Shown here: positions 48,200-64,000 of the stretch, piece by piece
How the letters are laid out: each line of letters begins with the position of its first letter
How positions within the stretch are numbered: the first letter of the stretch is position 1
NCBI GenBank assembly: GCA_021613535.1
Contig: CP075496.1
Span: 5,828,001-5,892,000 of the forward strand
Direction of reading: 5' to 3'
From: Adineta vaga
Lineage: Eukaryota; Animalia; Rotifera
DNA: 64,000 bases
The notes under the pieces: generated by a model
The model's input: only the letters and a program-made list of their open reading frames with translations
The model's database searches: none
What the model was told of the DNA's origin: nothing
Translations under genes and position numbers: made by a program

Positions 48200-51100
48200 A
48201 TGACTGAATTAATCATCCATCAACATATTAACTTCATACACGATGAACTTTATAAGAAAAATTCAGTTAAAAATCAACAAATATATTCAGAATCATTATC
48301 ACATACTGTATCACAATGTATTCAAATAAATAATAATATTCTTACTGATGTAAGCTTAAAAATTCGTAAATACTTCTTCAACTTTTACCTGTATCTATTC
48401 TAGTATGGAATAGATATTTTAGAAACTAATGGTTGTTCGAAGATCACAGATGAAATTATTTATCGTCTTGGTTTTTTATCATCATTATATTTGCATAGTT
48501 GTAATCAAAATAATAACAATAATTATGATGTATGTTTTCCGTCATCTCAACATGATCATAATGAAATAATAGAAAGAGAACCACGTTCAGAAGGTATATC
48601 GATTCGATTACCAGTTAGAATTGAAATGCAATTAAAAAATAATCGACTTCTTCAAGAAGCTATTCGTAATTATCGACATCATCAACAGATAAAAACATCA
48701 TTAAAAATCAGTAAAATATCTTCGTTAAAACTAACAAAAGATGAAGATGATATTCTAATAATTGATGTTGAACCATTATGTCCGACCGAATCTGATACTA
48801 GTCAGATGTCTTCTCTCTCGAACAGAATTGAATCCACTTCAAAAGAACATTTTGTAAAATTAATGAAACAAATTTATAATCAATGTAAAAATAAAACTAA
48901 ACAAGTAAGAATATATTTCTCATATCTTCGTCTTCTATGTATTCTTTCAATTAGAAAAATGATAAATACATTTCGAATATCAAAACAAAACTTAATAGTA
49001 TCATCGATGATGAAACTACCTATGAATATTTACAAAATGAAGTGAAAATCAATAATCAAATAAAATGTATTCGAAAAATAAAGAAAAATAGAAGTGGAAT
49101 ATTACAGATACTACCCTATGAGAATACATATAGTCAATTCTATTATCCAAATCAAATTCTACCAATCGAATCAACAATGATTGAGAAAATTATACATGGT
49201 GTACAAGCAATGATAGCGACATTAACAAAGCCAGTGCATAAAAAAAATCAACAAAATCTTCATTTTTTGTTATTTTGATAATTTTCTATTTAGAAAGATG
49301 CCGAAGATATTCTGAATGGTATTATTATCTCAACTGATCATCTAAATACTAAACTAGCCGATGAACTTCTAAAAACAACACCAAGTAAGTACTGTAACTT
49401 GTTTTATTCGTTTTCAAATTTGTATTTCATTGAAGAACGATTTAACAGACGAAAACAAGATCATACAATAAATCATGAACGATTACATGTTCGTTTAGCA
49501 TTTGATTTAATCTTAGCTGATTATCGTTTAAATGGTATAACCAATCTTTGTCGATCTGAATCACTTACTCTTTCTTGTATACTTCGAAAAATTCTCAAAT
49601 GTACTCAATTAAGAACTCTCTGTACCTATGCTGATGTATTAACTATTCTAAATGAATCCGATTCTCATCAAATTCATTTTCGTACAATACAACGCATGTG
49701 TTTATCATTCGATGAATTCATTGAAATACTAGGTGAAATGTATCATACATGTTATGAATTGATGGACACAATGAAATACTATTTAGAAGCAAATGATATT
49801 CTTGATGTTGAAACGAATCTTATTCATTCATCAATTCTAACATCGAAACAGATTGATGATATGATGAAATATATCGTACGTGAGGATGCTATTCGATTTG
49901 TTTGGAAACTTATTTTTGATCAAGAAAGAAATCATTCAAAGGATGTTAATGATAAATATAAACAATTTACATTAGTTCTTCCAACGAAATTGAATGATTT
50001 ATATCAACCAATTAAAAAATTGAATGCTTTTAGTAAGTGATAGGATTTGCATTAGCAGTAATAAGTCTATTACATGTGTTGTTTGTTTTTTTGTTAAACA
50101 GTGTCAACAACTCAAGTATTAACAGCTATTAGAAAACCTTACCTATCTCAACTGAATCAAAGATCGAAAAAGAAACCGATTGGTATCAATGATCTTCGTG
50201 CTATTACTTCTCAAATATGGTTATTACCAGAAGATTTCAAAACGTTGATTACTGAAAATACTATTACCTCAGAAATCTTATGTCAATTCTATATTGATTT
50301 TCATGAACACGAAGATATTGATGAACGATTAAACAAAGTAATATTTCACTTTGTTGATTGTTTCTTTCTATATGAATAAATTTCTCAATAGATAACGAGA
50401 AAAATTCATGAACATTTGAATTTACATAGTTGTATTACTCGTGTCGTTTTTAAAATGATTGCAGAACATTCGAGTGGAACAAGTCTAACACCATTTCTTG
50501 ATGAATTTAATCAAATTCCTCGTTTGATATCCATTATTGATGTATATGATGATCTACTTACTTCAGGTCTGATTTCAATCAGTGAACTTTTGATTATTTC
50601 AAAACAAGATATAATTATTAAAAAATCTTCTCTATTGAAACATTTTCAACGAATTTCATTCATTCGAAAGCATGATGCTGATCTATTGGCTGAAATGACA
50701 TTAGTGATTCGAGAAGATGTTCTAATTGAATATCTTACACAACGAGCTAAAACTATGAGACAAGCATATATCGATTGTATTTTAAAAAATGATGAACGTC
50801 GTGATTTTATTATGAAAAATACGATTCAATCAACGAAAAGATTATCATCTCTGTCAATTCATGGTAATGATTTCATATTTAAATAAAAATTATTAAAGAA
50901 ATTGATTTACTTTAGAATTTATACGATATTTTAATTTGAATCCAAGTTGTGGGAAAATATTCTATTGGATGAATTTAACCGATGAAAATATCGTGAAAAT
51001 ATTAATCGAAACAAAAACATTTGTTAATGAATATACATTGGATGGAGTATATAAGAGTTTTCAAACAAGACTTCAAGATACAATAGGTTAGAAAGAAAAA

Positions 51101-54100
51101 TAATGTCTGAAAAAAAAGTATCTCTCTTCTCTTAGAATCTGGTATATATTACATCTCTGCAGAAGATTTAATTCATTTTGATCAACTAATGAAAAATAAT
51201 CATGTAACTTATAAAATTGATACGAAAAAATTGTGCAAACTTAAGTATTTTTTAACATTTGAACAAGCTTCTATTCTTGTTGATTTTGCTGATCCTCAAT
51301 ATGAAGAAAATCTTTCATCTCTAATCATAACGAAGGATATTATTTCTCATGAAAGTTTAAAAACATTATTAGAATTAAAACATTTTCAAATTAATCTTGA
51401 CGAAATTTCCAAACTAATCCTTCCTAACCAATCAGTGTAAGTTACTGAAGAATTCTATCGATTGAATAATCTGATAATTGTTTATTTATAGTATTGAATG
51501 TCAGTCTCTTCTTGATTCATTTCGTCAACGTATAAATGAGCGTCAGAAATGTTTTGAACGTGTTCAGAATCTACAAAAACTTCTTCTTTCATCGACATTA
51601 TTCGATCAATTCATCGACATAATTCCTCAATTGGGCGAAGAATATTTTACTCGCATTGAGCTTGATCATCTCGAAGAAATCAAACTTATCGATATCGGGG
51701 TTCTGGCACTTCTTCTCACGTTACCATCATATAATCCTCTAATACATCAACATAGATATGAATGGTTTCATGATCAAAACAATCGATTTCCTTCATCATC
51801 ATCTGCGATGAATTATCTACACAATCTTGATCCAATTATTGAAAAGTATTCTATATTTTTAACAATTATCATAGTACGAATCATTTCGAATAAAGATCGT
51901 TTTTCCACAATCAATGAAATTTTATTATCCAATCTAGAACACTATTTATCGATTGAAGAAATTCTCAAAATTTGTGCTTATGAAAAAATATTATCACAGA
52001 ATGATATTTTACGTATCTGTCAAGAAACATTTTCAACATTACAAACATCAGAACATAGTCCTCAATCTGATGATAAACAACGGTTGAGCCAAAAATCACT
52101 CACAACTAGTACCAATACGCATGTTATTGATAGTATAAGTGAAGACATCAATTTCAATAGCGGTAAACTACAAAAGAAGGATATGGAGATTTTGTTGAAA
52201 TGATTCATTTTAGTTTCAAAATCAATATCTGATTGTTATAAACGGAATATAACTGCGTATTCTTATGATCCTCTTCTTCAACAAAAAATGAAAAAAACAA
52301 TAGTTTTAGCTCTTTTTGATTATCTTCTTCATTTCAATCATCGTGTTTCTATTAATGGATATTTACGACAATTATTCAGTGCATTTAAACCACAATCAAT
52401 TCATAGAGCACAATTATTAATAGAAAAAGACTTGACACTTGTAAAACTATTATTGAAAACACGTAAACAACAGACAAAATTACATATCAATGATCTAAAT
52501 CGATATTTAGAATCATATCCAATTCCATGTCGATTGTAAAATCTCATTAAATTTTATTTTCCTCATCAGAATCTTCTTTTCATTAGAGATATAATCAATG
52601 AATTACGTCATTCCAATATTATTTCACAATCTCTTGCCAATGAATACACAATGAATCAATGCCATGAATTAAAAATAACGACATCTGAAGCTCAAACAAA
52701 TTTTCTTTTGTATATGATAATCAAACTCATTCGAGAGGAAGGTTATATCGATGAAATTAATTTGATACATATTCTTCAACAATATCAAACGAATACCAAT
52801 GATGAAAAACTTCAAAGAATTAACAAAGAAATTATACGTAATGGTTTTCTGACTATGGAACAGATAAGTCAGTCAGCAAAAGATTTTTTCCTACAAGATG
52901 TAAGTCTTCATGTCTAATCGTTTTGATATCTTGAACATATAAACGATGAACGTTCGTTTTAGTATTTTAATGAAATGACACTGACTTGTGATGATAAAAT
53001 TGTACTTCAAAAGCCGATTATACTCGATCTTTTTCGTCGAGTAGATTCAACAACTATACAATTACAATCTTCGCTCATGCAAAATATGCGTCAACGTCAA
53101 GTTATTCAAATTCATGCAATAATTGATCACTTGAAACATGCTCAAATAGCAAAAGAAAAAGTTCAACGTAAAGTTGAGCATGTTCTTTTAAAAATGGATG
53201 AAAATGTTCATTCTTCTTCGAGAATGTTTCATCTAACATCTAGTAGTATAACTAAACATCGTCTATCTGCTCAAACACCAGCGACTAACAATATAAATAA
53301 TGAATCATCACTGGATTTACGATCGTTACGTCGTCATTATATTCAAGCGAAAATTTCTCGAAATCAATTGCATTTATTAGCTGAACAAGGTGGTTGGTCT
53401 GAACAGATTTATATTGAATTTAAACGTGAATTGGAAATTATTGATTCAGACAATTCATTAGATCTGATTCGACATATAATAAAGAATATTTCATTGTTAA
53501 TTAAAGAAAATGGTTCAGTTGCAGAAAAACCATTGATGACCTATTACCAACAGCATCAGATTTTATTTATGGCTGATTTTGATTTATTACTTACTCGATT
53601 TGGTATGGTGACATTGGAAGATTTGATTGATTTATTAGTTGTCAGTCGACTTGCAAAAGCGAATGAAATTGAATCGTATGCCAAACAAATATTCTGTTTA
53701 AATGTAAATATCTTTCTTTACTGTAGCGAATAACAAACATATAACAGTAGTTATCATTATACAATATTTAGATCAACACATTTGTGAAAATTTCTAAATC
53801 TCACGAAGATATTTTAGTCAAAAAGAATCATGTTGAAAACAATTTAGAAAAACGCTTATGTCTAACAGCAACTGATCTCTCCCAACTATTGAATCATGTC
53901 CTTAAACTTGATCGTCTCAAACGGATTCTTGACATGATACCAACTATTAAAAACTATATGCGTTTACATCCAATCAATACATTCAATGCATTAAAAGCAT
54001 TGAAACTTGAATGTAACGATAAATACATTAAATTCAGTCTCCTTCTTTTATTAAGTTTTATCTTTATGTAGTTGATTTTAATCATTATGATATGCGATTT

Positions 54101-57100
54101 TTACGTGATTTAAAACTTTTAAATGATACATGGTATAAACGATATTTACTATCACGAACAAGTGAAACAAATGCAACTATTCCAACAATAACCGAGGATG
54201 AACAAGATCAAGATGATCGACAAGAATTTAAATTTCGGTCAACTGTTGACGATGATTTGGATTTGGATTTGGATACTTTTAATGAACTCATTGATAGAAA
54301 AGAATCACAATCAACTACTGATGAGCAACGTAAACAAGCTTATTTGTAAGTTCATTTTATTGCTCATATATTTGGTATCAATGTCTCCTTTTCATATTCT
54401 AGAAAACAATTGAAAAAACGAAAAGATCAACTCAATACCTATCGATCGAAGTTATCTACGGATGAAGATCAACTTCAATTATCATTAAATCTCGATGAAT
54501 TTCAGAAAGAAAATAATCGAAAAGATCATCCACGTGTTATTGAACAATTCTTTCCACATGCATCAACTCTAGAATCTCAATTACTCATGCCATTCTTATC
54601 TGATGATCAGAAGCGAATCTTCATGCAATTAGATTTTGCTAGTGAACAGAATATTGAAGATTATCATAAAATAAAACAGAAAGATGATGATTCATTAAAA
54701 AAAGAAAAACCAATGTTACAGAATGCTGAAAATAATGAACAGTTGATTTTATCTTCTGATGACAACGACGTATCAAAAAAAGAAGTTACTAATGATGTTG
54801 ATAATCAAACAATAGTAGCATCTATGAACAAAGCTTTTATCATAGAACAATTTCATGAAATACAGAAGACAGAGCAAGTCATCACACCATCATCAATTGA
54901 CGAACCACCATTGAAAACTAGAGAGTCACTTTTATCTATCACTGATATAGAGACAAACGAAGTTAAGCCACAATTAGAATCATCACCTCAAACAAAAAGT
55001 ATCACAAATGAACTTATTGCTAAAAAATCAACTCAACTCTCTCCTACACTCTTTGCTGAACAACATCCAAGATTATACATGACAGAAGATCTTTGTGTTT
55101 CTCTTTCACAGTTGTAAGTTGATTCTTTTCGATTATTGAAAATATATCTAGCTTACAAATTAGATTGAAACAAACGACAAATGTTGAGCACATATCATTA
55201 AGAAAAAGTCTCCAACTTAGTAAATTTACTTTTCTTCTGATCTTTCTTCATTCTTTCTGTCAGTTCGTCATAGAATTGATCAATGGCTTCAAAAATCTTT
55301 ACAATACACTAAACAACTGAACTCCATTGATAACAGTAATCAATCTTTACTCGAAAATGAATATAGTACAAATCAACTCGTTCGTTATTTTCGCAATGAA
55401 TTAGAACTATTTCAGCAAAATTTCATTTCTTCAATACTATTGAATTCTTTAAATGATACCAAAATAACAGATCTCCTTCTACAACGAACAAATCATATAG
55501 AAAATATCTTACAAGAAATGAAAAATCATCAAGATATATTTTCCCAAATTCATCAACAAATTCTTGATATAGAGCAAATATTTCATGATATTAAAAGCGA
55601 TCCAAACAAGACAAATCTTATAGAACAATTAAACTTGAAATTCATCAAGCATAAAGAAGATTTCAATCAGTTTAGAAGACAAGAAGAACGCGAAATTCAA
55701 CCTCTATTAGGAACACGCTTAGAATTAGCTATTCGAACACTTGATGCCGATCTACAACTAATAGAAGAAATTCTTGACGGAGAGTCAACAACTAATCTCA
55801 TTCCGACAACATCATTAATCGTAACAGCAACACCTAGATTAGCTAGGCAATCAAACGAATCAGAACTGTATCAGAAAATGACAATAACTCGACATAATCT
55901 ATCTACAATAGCTAAAGACATTCAAGCTTGTAGAATAATAACTAATGAGAAACACACACTACAAGATTTGTTACGAATTGAAATAGTAAGTAATTGAAAT
56001 CATATACTTCAGTGAATACAATATTGTTTTAGACTGAACGTCTTCAGACAATCAAGAAAGCATATGCAGAGCAGAAAATAAACAGAGAACAACTTGAAAA
56101 TATCAACATAGCTCTGGATAATATCGTTGAAGCTAATCAACAGTTAGATATTCAATCAAATCAAATTCAAAAATATTTACAAAAAACTATAACCACTTGT
56201 TCTAATTCAAATCATCCTAATTTCCCATTATATGCGAAGTTAAAATTTCTTCCAGTTGATCACGTAGGAAAACCAATGGAACAAATATTCTGTCTTGTCA
56301 ATGGAAAGAATATGCCTCTATCAGATCCACTTCACCTTATTAGACTACCGATTGAATCAGATCGATTTCAAATCTTACAAGACAAATATGAATTAATCGT
56401 TGTCGATGAAAACGAAATACCAATAAGTGATTCAATTACATTCCAACATTTAACATCCGAACAGATTACATTTCAATATTCTGATATTAATCGACGAACT
56501 GTTCAATTATCATCACAGAATGGAATAAATCAAACTGTTTCATTCAATATAAAATCCGTTTCTTTCGATAAACTACCCAACGTAGAACAACCAACCAGTA
56601 AGTTCACATAAAAATTTATCCTCTTCGAAAGTACATATTTTGTAGGTCAATCTTTATTTATTATCGATAAGAACGATAATATACTTTCGAAACCAATTCA
56701 ATTAACAGATGACATCAGTACACCATTGAATACTTCCGAACTCAATCTATCTACTTTTCTTTACGATGAAAAAACGAATGAAAAAGTATTGCTTACACTT
56801 GAACACTATTTAATGACATTACAACAAGCGGAATTTACCTCGAGAAAATTTGTTACATATCTTACTGATAAAAATAATATATTAAAATCAGAACCAATTG
56901 AAGTATCAGAATTTGGAATACAAATGAAATCGATAATCGAAGATACATTCCTAAAAAAACTGTTATACTATGATAGAGAACGTCATACATTGTTGGATTC
57001 TTTAAATTCAACAACGAATAAAGAAGAACTTTTGAAACTTTCATTTGCTGAATATCAACTTATCAATGCTTATGTTCAAGATCGAATAGATAAATTAAAA

Positions 57101-60100
57101 GTCGAAGAAAAAGTTATTGAACAAATTTTACCGATCTTCGGTAAAATATATTTTACTTAACATTTCAATTACCTTCTTTGTTTCGTATGCAGACGAACAT
57201 CATACTATGATTTCAACAGATCATATCGAATACATACAAGAACAATTCAATATGGATTATCTTCTAGATACGATGAAATCTATTGTACAATTAGATGAAA
57301 GATTAAGTGCAGCACGAAAAATGAAATCGATTGAATCATTAGAAATTCAAACGCTTGAAAACAAACTCATTCATCAATTAGTTCAAGTTGCTCATGAGCT
57401 GAAAGATGGATCGATCGTTGAACAAGTTCAAACTCTTTCTGATCATTTCCAAGGACTTTCACTTCTTACTGAACTTCGACCAATTGTTCTTTCTGGTTAG
57501 TCGTTTTTTCGTCTTCGTTACCATAATATTGATATTCCATTCGGTTGAATATCCAGGTATAAAAACGCGTGCAAAACTAATTCAAACAAAATGTGAAACT
57601 CTATTGATGAATATTCATCAGAAATCGAACCAATCAAATCAGCCAGAACAAATTCGTTTAGAATATATTCAATATCTAACTGAACGGTATAATGAACAAC
57701 GAGAACATGAAAAGGACATGGAAAAATTTTATAACAAAATCGAACGAATGCAATATGATCTCTATCAAAAAATCGGTATGTCTAACTTTACGTTGAAGTA
57801 GATACTATTTAAGTGACAGTATTATCGTATCACTTTGACGAAATTCTTATAACATTACGGAACATCTTTATTGATTCTCATGTTTTTCCCATTTTATCAA
57901 TAGTTGATTCAGCGAATACCATGGAACTTGCAGAGCTTAATGATGCAATAAAACATCGATACAATATAGATCAAATTCAAATTCCAACCTATTTACAAAC
58001 GAAAAATGATCAATTGATCTATAAATTTAATCATATTCTTCGATATTTTCATCACGAATCAATAATGATCGAACAATATAAAAATAGTTTTCTTCATGAA
58101 ATGCAACGATATCTTATTGAATCCAATGAAAAAGAATGTTCGTATTTTTATCAAATCAATTTTGTTAAAAACGAAAACAAAATCGACTATTATGAAAAAC
58201 TATTGAAAACGATCGAAAAAATTAAAATCCTATTAAATAAACTCGAAACAATAACTGATACAAATATTCAGCATGATTTTCTCTTATCGAAACTTGAACA
58301 TTTATATAAGATCTTATTGATGAACTATCAAATCAAACTTCCATCTACAACAGATATCGAATCTGTACGTTCTATGCTAAATACTGTGAGAAAAACGACA
58401 AAAAAAGAAATACAAAGATTGGATGAAATCAAGAATGAATTATCACGAAAATTGGATGTACACAAAAAGAAAGAAGAATTAACTCAACGTACAAAGATAA
58501 ACGAAATAACACAAGTAAAGAAGTTCTTCCTTAGAATAGTGTATATGACTCACTATCAATACTCAGATTATGTCGGAACTAAAATCAAATGAACTTTTAA
58601 ACGTATTTCTATTCTAGGAAGATCAATTGAGTTCACTCATTGCATATATTCAACAATCTATAGCCGAACCATTTAATTTACGTCATCAGTTTTACTCAAT
58701 GAAAATTCGGCATATCGTTAATGAATTAGTTGCAACAATTCAAACACAAACATTAGAACAGCGTTTATCTATAATACGTACACTTGGCAACACGTTGGAA
58801 TATGTGGAACATTATCGTGAAAGATTGAAGGAATTGAAAGATGACAATGAAAGAGAATCGAAAAATATTGCCGAACAACTATCGAATACACGAGAATATT
58901 CTGTCGTTGATAGTCTTGTTCGTGAAGAAGTAGAAGATTTAATGAAACAACAAAATACTGTAATACATATTCGACAAGCAATTAGCCGAATGGAAGTGAT
59001 AGCTAGTGAAGCATTTGAACATATTCATTCTATACTGATTTCTAATCAAGTACAAGAGAACTATCAGCCGTCACTGACAGAACTAAAACAAAGAGGTTTG
59101 CTAAATAAATTGCTGCTTTTTCTTAACTCATATTCTCATTTAGCAATAAATTCAATCATTCAATCAAAAGCATACGAGCGTTTATCTAGAAATATATCAC
59201 CTAACTTATTATTATTACATAAATTCACTTCAGGACAAGAGTTAATTTCTTTGAGCATACCATCAGCTATCAATCAATTTCAATTAGAAATAAAAACAAG
59301 TATTCATCAGGAACTTCCATCTGAAACGTTTCTTCTTCGACGGCAATCATCAATTTCTTTCCAAAAGAATTATCTCGAACAACTATCATTATTAGATTTC
59401 GCTAATAGCAAAAGTCAAATCCTGCAATCGGAAATCACCTACCTTCAAAAACAATATAATGAAGCAGTTGCTGTTGGTGATATCAGTCAACAACAAGCAA
59501 CAAAACAAGCCATTTCTGCAAAAATTCAAGAAAACAAACCGGAAATCGAAACCAATCTCGGAGAGACTCTTAATCGATCGCTAACTCCTAATCAACAATC
59601 AGTTGAATATGATGAATCGAATGTTTCAAAGATATCACCAACACTTACCAATCGATCTCATTCAATTTACGAGATAGATCAACAAATAGGTGAACTACTA
59701 ACAAATCAAGTGAAACTTTTACAAGAACAAACTCAAAATGATCAATCAAATGGACGCCAATCTCTTCATTTGGATCATAAAGAACAAGAAAATCAACATA
59801 GAGAAATAATTAATTCTGTTACAGATCTTCGTCAATTAAGTATAAGTTTTGAGAATTAAATAACTTCATATTCTACTGTGTACTGAATTAGATGATGATT
59901 TTAAGAGATTTCGTGAAGAAAATAATCGTCAACAACAGATTGACGTTGAACTACAGATCTTAGATAACAATGAGCAACTAGATCATGATTCAATTAATCA
60001 AGAAACTGTACAAAACCTTCGTAAATATCTTTATGAAGAACAGCACAATTTATCTATTCAAGTCCTACCAACTTTATCAAATGTTGTAGAATCACTTTAC

Positions 60101-63100
60101 TTACCTGTGACAAATGAGCTTATATCACAGAATGATTTAATTCAAACAATAGATACAACATTGTCAACTACTAATGCAAAAGAATTATATGAAGAACTAC
60201 AAAAATTGAGATATTCTATTGTGACAGCTTTTGAAAATAATCTAGATGTGAAAAGATCACCAGTAAGTCTAATGATTTATAATGAATTAAAATCGGATCG
60301 GATATTTTCAGGTTGTACCTTTGCCACAAAAGAATGTTATAGCAATCGAACATGACGAAGAACATGTTCAGACTGACGAGGTTCATATTGTTCGAATACC
60401 TAGTCAAAGTCGTTTGCGATTGAATTCAGTGAAAGAGTCGCATAGTTCATTACTCACTACCGAAACTGCCAATAAATCTGCAACTGACCTTAAACAAGTA
60501 TTACCATCATTATCAATTGTTGGAAATGTTCGAAAATATACCCTTGTACAGAAGAAAGCTAATAATCAACAAACTACCAATTCAACACAACGATCAATTA
60601 CACAATCAGAACGTCAATTTGGTGATGTTTATGTTCGGCATCGAGTAAATTCTTTTTCTTTGTTTTATCATTACTTGAAACATGTATTTCATTATATAAA
60701 TAGCTTCCTGAAAATATCTCTTCTGTGTCAGATTATAAGAACGAACAGGAACAAACCGATAAAATGCTTCATAATAAAGTTAAGAAAAAAACACGCCTGG
60801 TGAAATTTGAAAAATTTACACAAGGAAACACAGTAATTCATAGTCAAGTAAATTCGCTAATGCATAATTCACTTGTTCCACAACGAGCATCATACGAAGA
60901 AAATCTTCAACCAGTACTGCCATTAATTCATGTAAAAGATTATACTAATTCTATGATCAATCAAAGAAGTACTGAGACAAAACGAATAAAAAGATTATCA
61001 TCATCTTCACCATTACAGTTTGATCTCGAACAAGAAATATTTGATGGTAATAAAACTGATCTTTCGAAGAAACCATCTAATGTTACGCCATCGTTTCATT
61101 CCGGTACTCCGCTCTCTCCTATTGAAGAAGAACCTGAAATATCCTACGGAATAGCGTTGAATTTAACACGTCAAGACTCAACAGTGAAAAAAAATATCAT
61201 CGACACAGAATCAGAAGATAAAATCAATGAACCTAATACGTCTAGTATTCAAGCAAAACCATCTCAAAAATTAAATACTCTTCCAATGATGTCAACGAAC
61301 ATATTGCCTGTTAGTAGTTCTTTACATACCCACAAATCAACAGACGAAAACAATCAAGTAAAAGCATAATCCAGTTTATAATCAAAAACATTTCTTCCGT
61401 TGGTCTCTTTTCAGATCGAAACTACAAGAACATCTTCGTCTGCTTTTCTCGAAGATCTTCCTTTAACATCTGATGTATACGAAATAAAAAGTCCAATAAA
61501 AATATCAGCATCAAAAAAACGAAAGAGTTCAAAAAAGAAATCGCCTAAAAGAAAAGCTGAAGATGATCAACTGACAACAATCATAGCTGCAATAGATGAT
61601 GAATCGTTATTTACAGAAGGTTTTGATACTGAACCAGAAATTTCACCACTCCTTCCAGTTGTACCCGAAAGCAAAGTTATCTATCATAAAGTTGGTGGTA
61701 AATTGAAGCGCGACAAGAAGAAGAAGAAGAAGAAGAAGAAAGCCAATAAAAAAAGTACTAGTGGTGATAGAACGAAGAAAAATTCGAAAAAAAATGAAAT
61801 AAAACTTGAATCTGAGTCCTTGATATTAATACCACGGAAAGCTGTTCCTTTTATTTCGGCTATGGAAGGCAAACAAATCAACGTGGAAGATGATCTACCA
61901 ATTAAATCGAAAAAGAAAAAACGAAAACGTAAATGTAAGTTGCTGAACAATATTTTGTTACCAAGAATATTTTTATTACGAATATTAGTTCAATTGCTAA
62001 AATCATTTTTGTATTTTCAGCCAAGTCAAACCGTAAACGTTCGCGTTCTAGATCATCATCTAGTGCTAAGAAATCACCCGGTAAAAAAAAGAAGAAAAGT
62101 AAAAGTCGATCGCGAAAACGTTTGAATACGGAAGAAAACACTGAGAATGTTTCAAATGAACCACAAATGACGACAAATAAAGATGCTATCACCAAGCATC
62201 TCCTCAATGTTAAGAGATTTACTGGTCCACCTGTATCAGCTATTTCTTCGGACCAAACTCCTCTTAAATACGTCGATAGTATTGAATTACCAGAAAATAT
62301 GATGAAACAATCTCGATTGAAACGATTAAAACCAATGATAAAAAATTTTGAACTTGATATTAATTCACATCGATATACAAAAGAAGTTCATGAAATTGAC
62401 GCATATGATCTCGATAAAGAACTGTTCGATTTTAAGAATGATACAAAAGATATCAATCAACCAGCTATGTTTACCGAATATATTCGTAAGTTATCGAAAG
62501 AAAAAATGTAAAATGTGATTATAATAGATTACTTTTCTTTAGCGGAATTATTTCAAAAGCAAGCTGAAGAAAAATATATTCGTAGAATTTCATTAACAGC
62601 TATCAAAACGGATGAAAATCTTGTTAAACGTCTTGCACCACGAGTATCTCGACTATACGATGGATGGCAACCAAGTGATACACGTAAGAACCATTTTCGA
62701 TCTAAGAGAAAACAACATTATAATAGTCGATTTGGTTTTAGCTTGTGTACATACAGATGAATTTCGTCCATTAATGAAGTATCTTATGTCAAATCTATCG
62801 TACTACTTCGATGATGATTTTATCGATGAATCAGGTCTGTTTAAAAATGAGAAGAATTTCGATAAGTTTGTATTAAATTTATTCATTTAAAAACAAATAC
62901 AATAGTTTGACTTTTTTCTTTATAGAATTCAACCACGAACAAAACAAGCAACTCAACGTTTTCGTGATGATTATGTTGTTAAAGAATATTTTCATTGTTG
63001 GAAAAATTATACGACAGAAAAAGCTCGTATTGCTGAATTGAGACGAAAACGGGTTATGATTGATTTTCGTGAATTTTGGTTCCAAGATGCTCTTTCCGAT

Positions 63101-63640
63101 CCATTCTATTCATATTTCGAACAATCACCAGATTATGCAAAAAAACAAGATCAACATCATCAAATGGCTTATCGTCAACATAAACGTCTTGTTCGAATAG
63201 GTCGTGAACAACCAAAAGAAACAATGAAACATATAAATCGTTCGACATTTTTACCATTTCTTTTCAATTTACCAAAAACTAAACTCGATCGACAAATATC
63301 TCTTACTCATCGTCGTTCTCAGTTATTAAATGATCCTAATGATCGTCATCATACTCCTTTATCGAATCTATTGACTAATCAAGATGAACTTCTTCCATTA
63401 ATACGTGAACGTATTCATTTTCTTAATCGAAACAAATCTTCGATCAATATTCATCGTGATGAATTAGCTATTAAACAACTATCAATCAAAAGTTCTCTCT
63501 TAAAACAAGGAACACTCGATAATTTAGATCAATTAATCATCGATTATTACGCATCAATTGAAAATCAAGATCCAAAAACTCTTCGTAAAATATCTAGTAG
63601 TAATACAATCAAATTACCAATGTTAACAACTATTAAATAG
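48200..63640 (+). CDS. Giant uncharacterised multi-exon protein (helical/coiled-coil, Lys-rich low-complexity block near the C-terminus)
   Basis: Unbroken chain of + strand ORFs separated by ~50-160-nt GT-AG introns from the ATG at 48200 to TAG at 63640. No family motif recognised. It could be more than one gene. Confidence 0.7.
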
Positions 63641-63704
63641 AAAGAAACCTTCTTCCTTGTTTGATTTCTCAGTTTATTTATATAATATACAAAGGAAAAA
63701 CAAA

Positions 63705-64000
63705 TTATTTATCAATTAACGTTCCTCGAATGTTAGCACGTTTCGTTTCTTGTTCACGTCGTACAGCCTAGAGAAGAGAAATCATTCAGTAAGACATCAA
63801 TTATATATATACATATACATACTTCTTCGATTGCTTTTCGTTTATTCATGCCTTTGCGTTCAAATTGTTTTTCAATAACTCGTGCATTTTGTGTATAAGA
63901 ATTGGCTATTTCTCTTGCTTCTAATTCTTCTTCTTCTTCATCTAACGTTGATACTGTCACTGATGATGTCTTTCCACGATCTTCACGTTTTATATTTTTA
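63705..64000 (-). CDS. 3' end (last two exons) of a gene entering from the right edge, product unknown
   Basis: ...[17 protein letters not shown]...KAIEE splices via GTATGT...CTAG to [20 protein letters not shown]. Confidence 0.65.

Noticed and set aside
61715-61742. (AAG)n repeat as an independent element
   Set aside because: It encodes the poly-Lys tract of the giant protein.

Overview
AT-rich eukaryotic genomic DNA, gene-dense, with very short (~50-70 nt) GT-AG introns. This architecture and the gene content suggest an invertebrate, most likely a bdelloid rotifer (inference). Recognisable genes are SH3BGR-like, ATG7, an SLC1/EAAT glutamate transporter, a secreted alpha/beta hydrolase, CCDC113-like and CEP97 (head-to-head), a DUF229-like protein, an SLC35A4-like sugar-nucleotide transporter, an intronless class A GPCR, an NHL-repeat protein, a divergent presenilin-like GxGD protease with an in-frame TGA, MDH1, LACTB2, and a ~15.4 kb gene for a giant unknown protein. 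The main signal missed by the ORF track is a compact minus-strand microRNA cluster at 14.1-14.6 kb: one miR-279-family and three miR-36-family hairpins, apparently inside the intron of a non-coding host transcript. Two tightly spaced co-directional gene pairs (MDH1-LACTB2, SH3BGR-ATG7) look like operons resolved by trans-splicing. Transposon relics and broken glycosyltransferase-like genes are also present. Exon boundaries were read by eye and are approximate.
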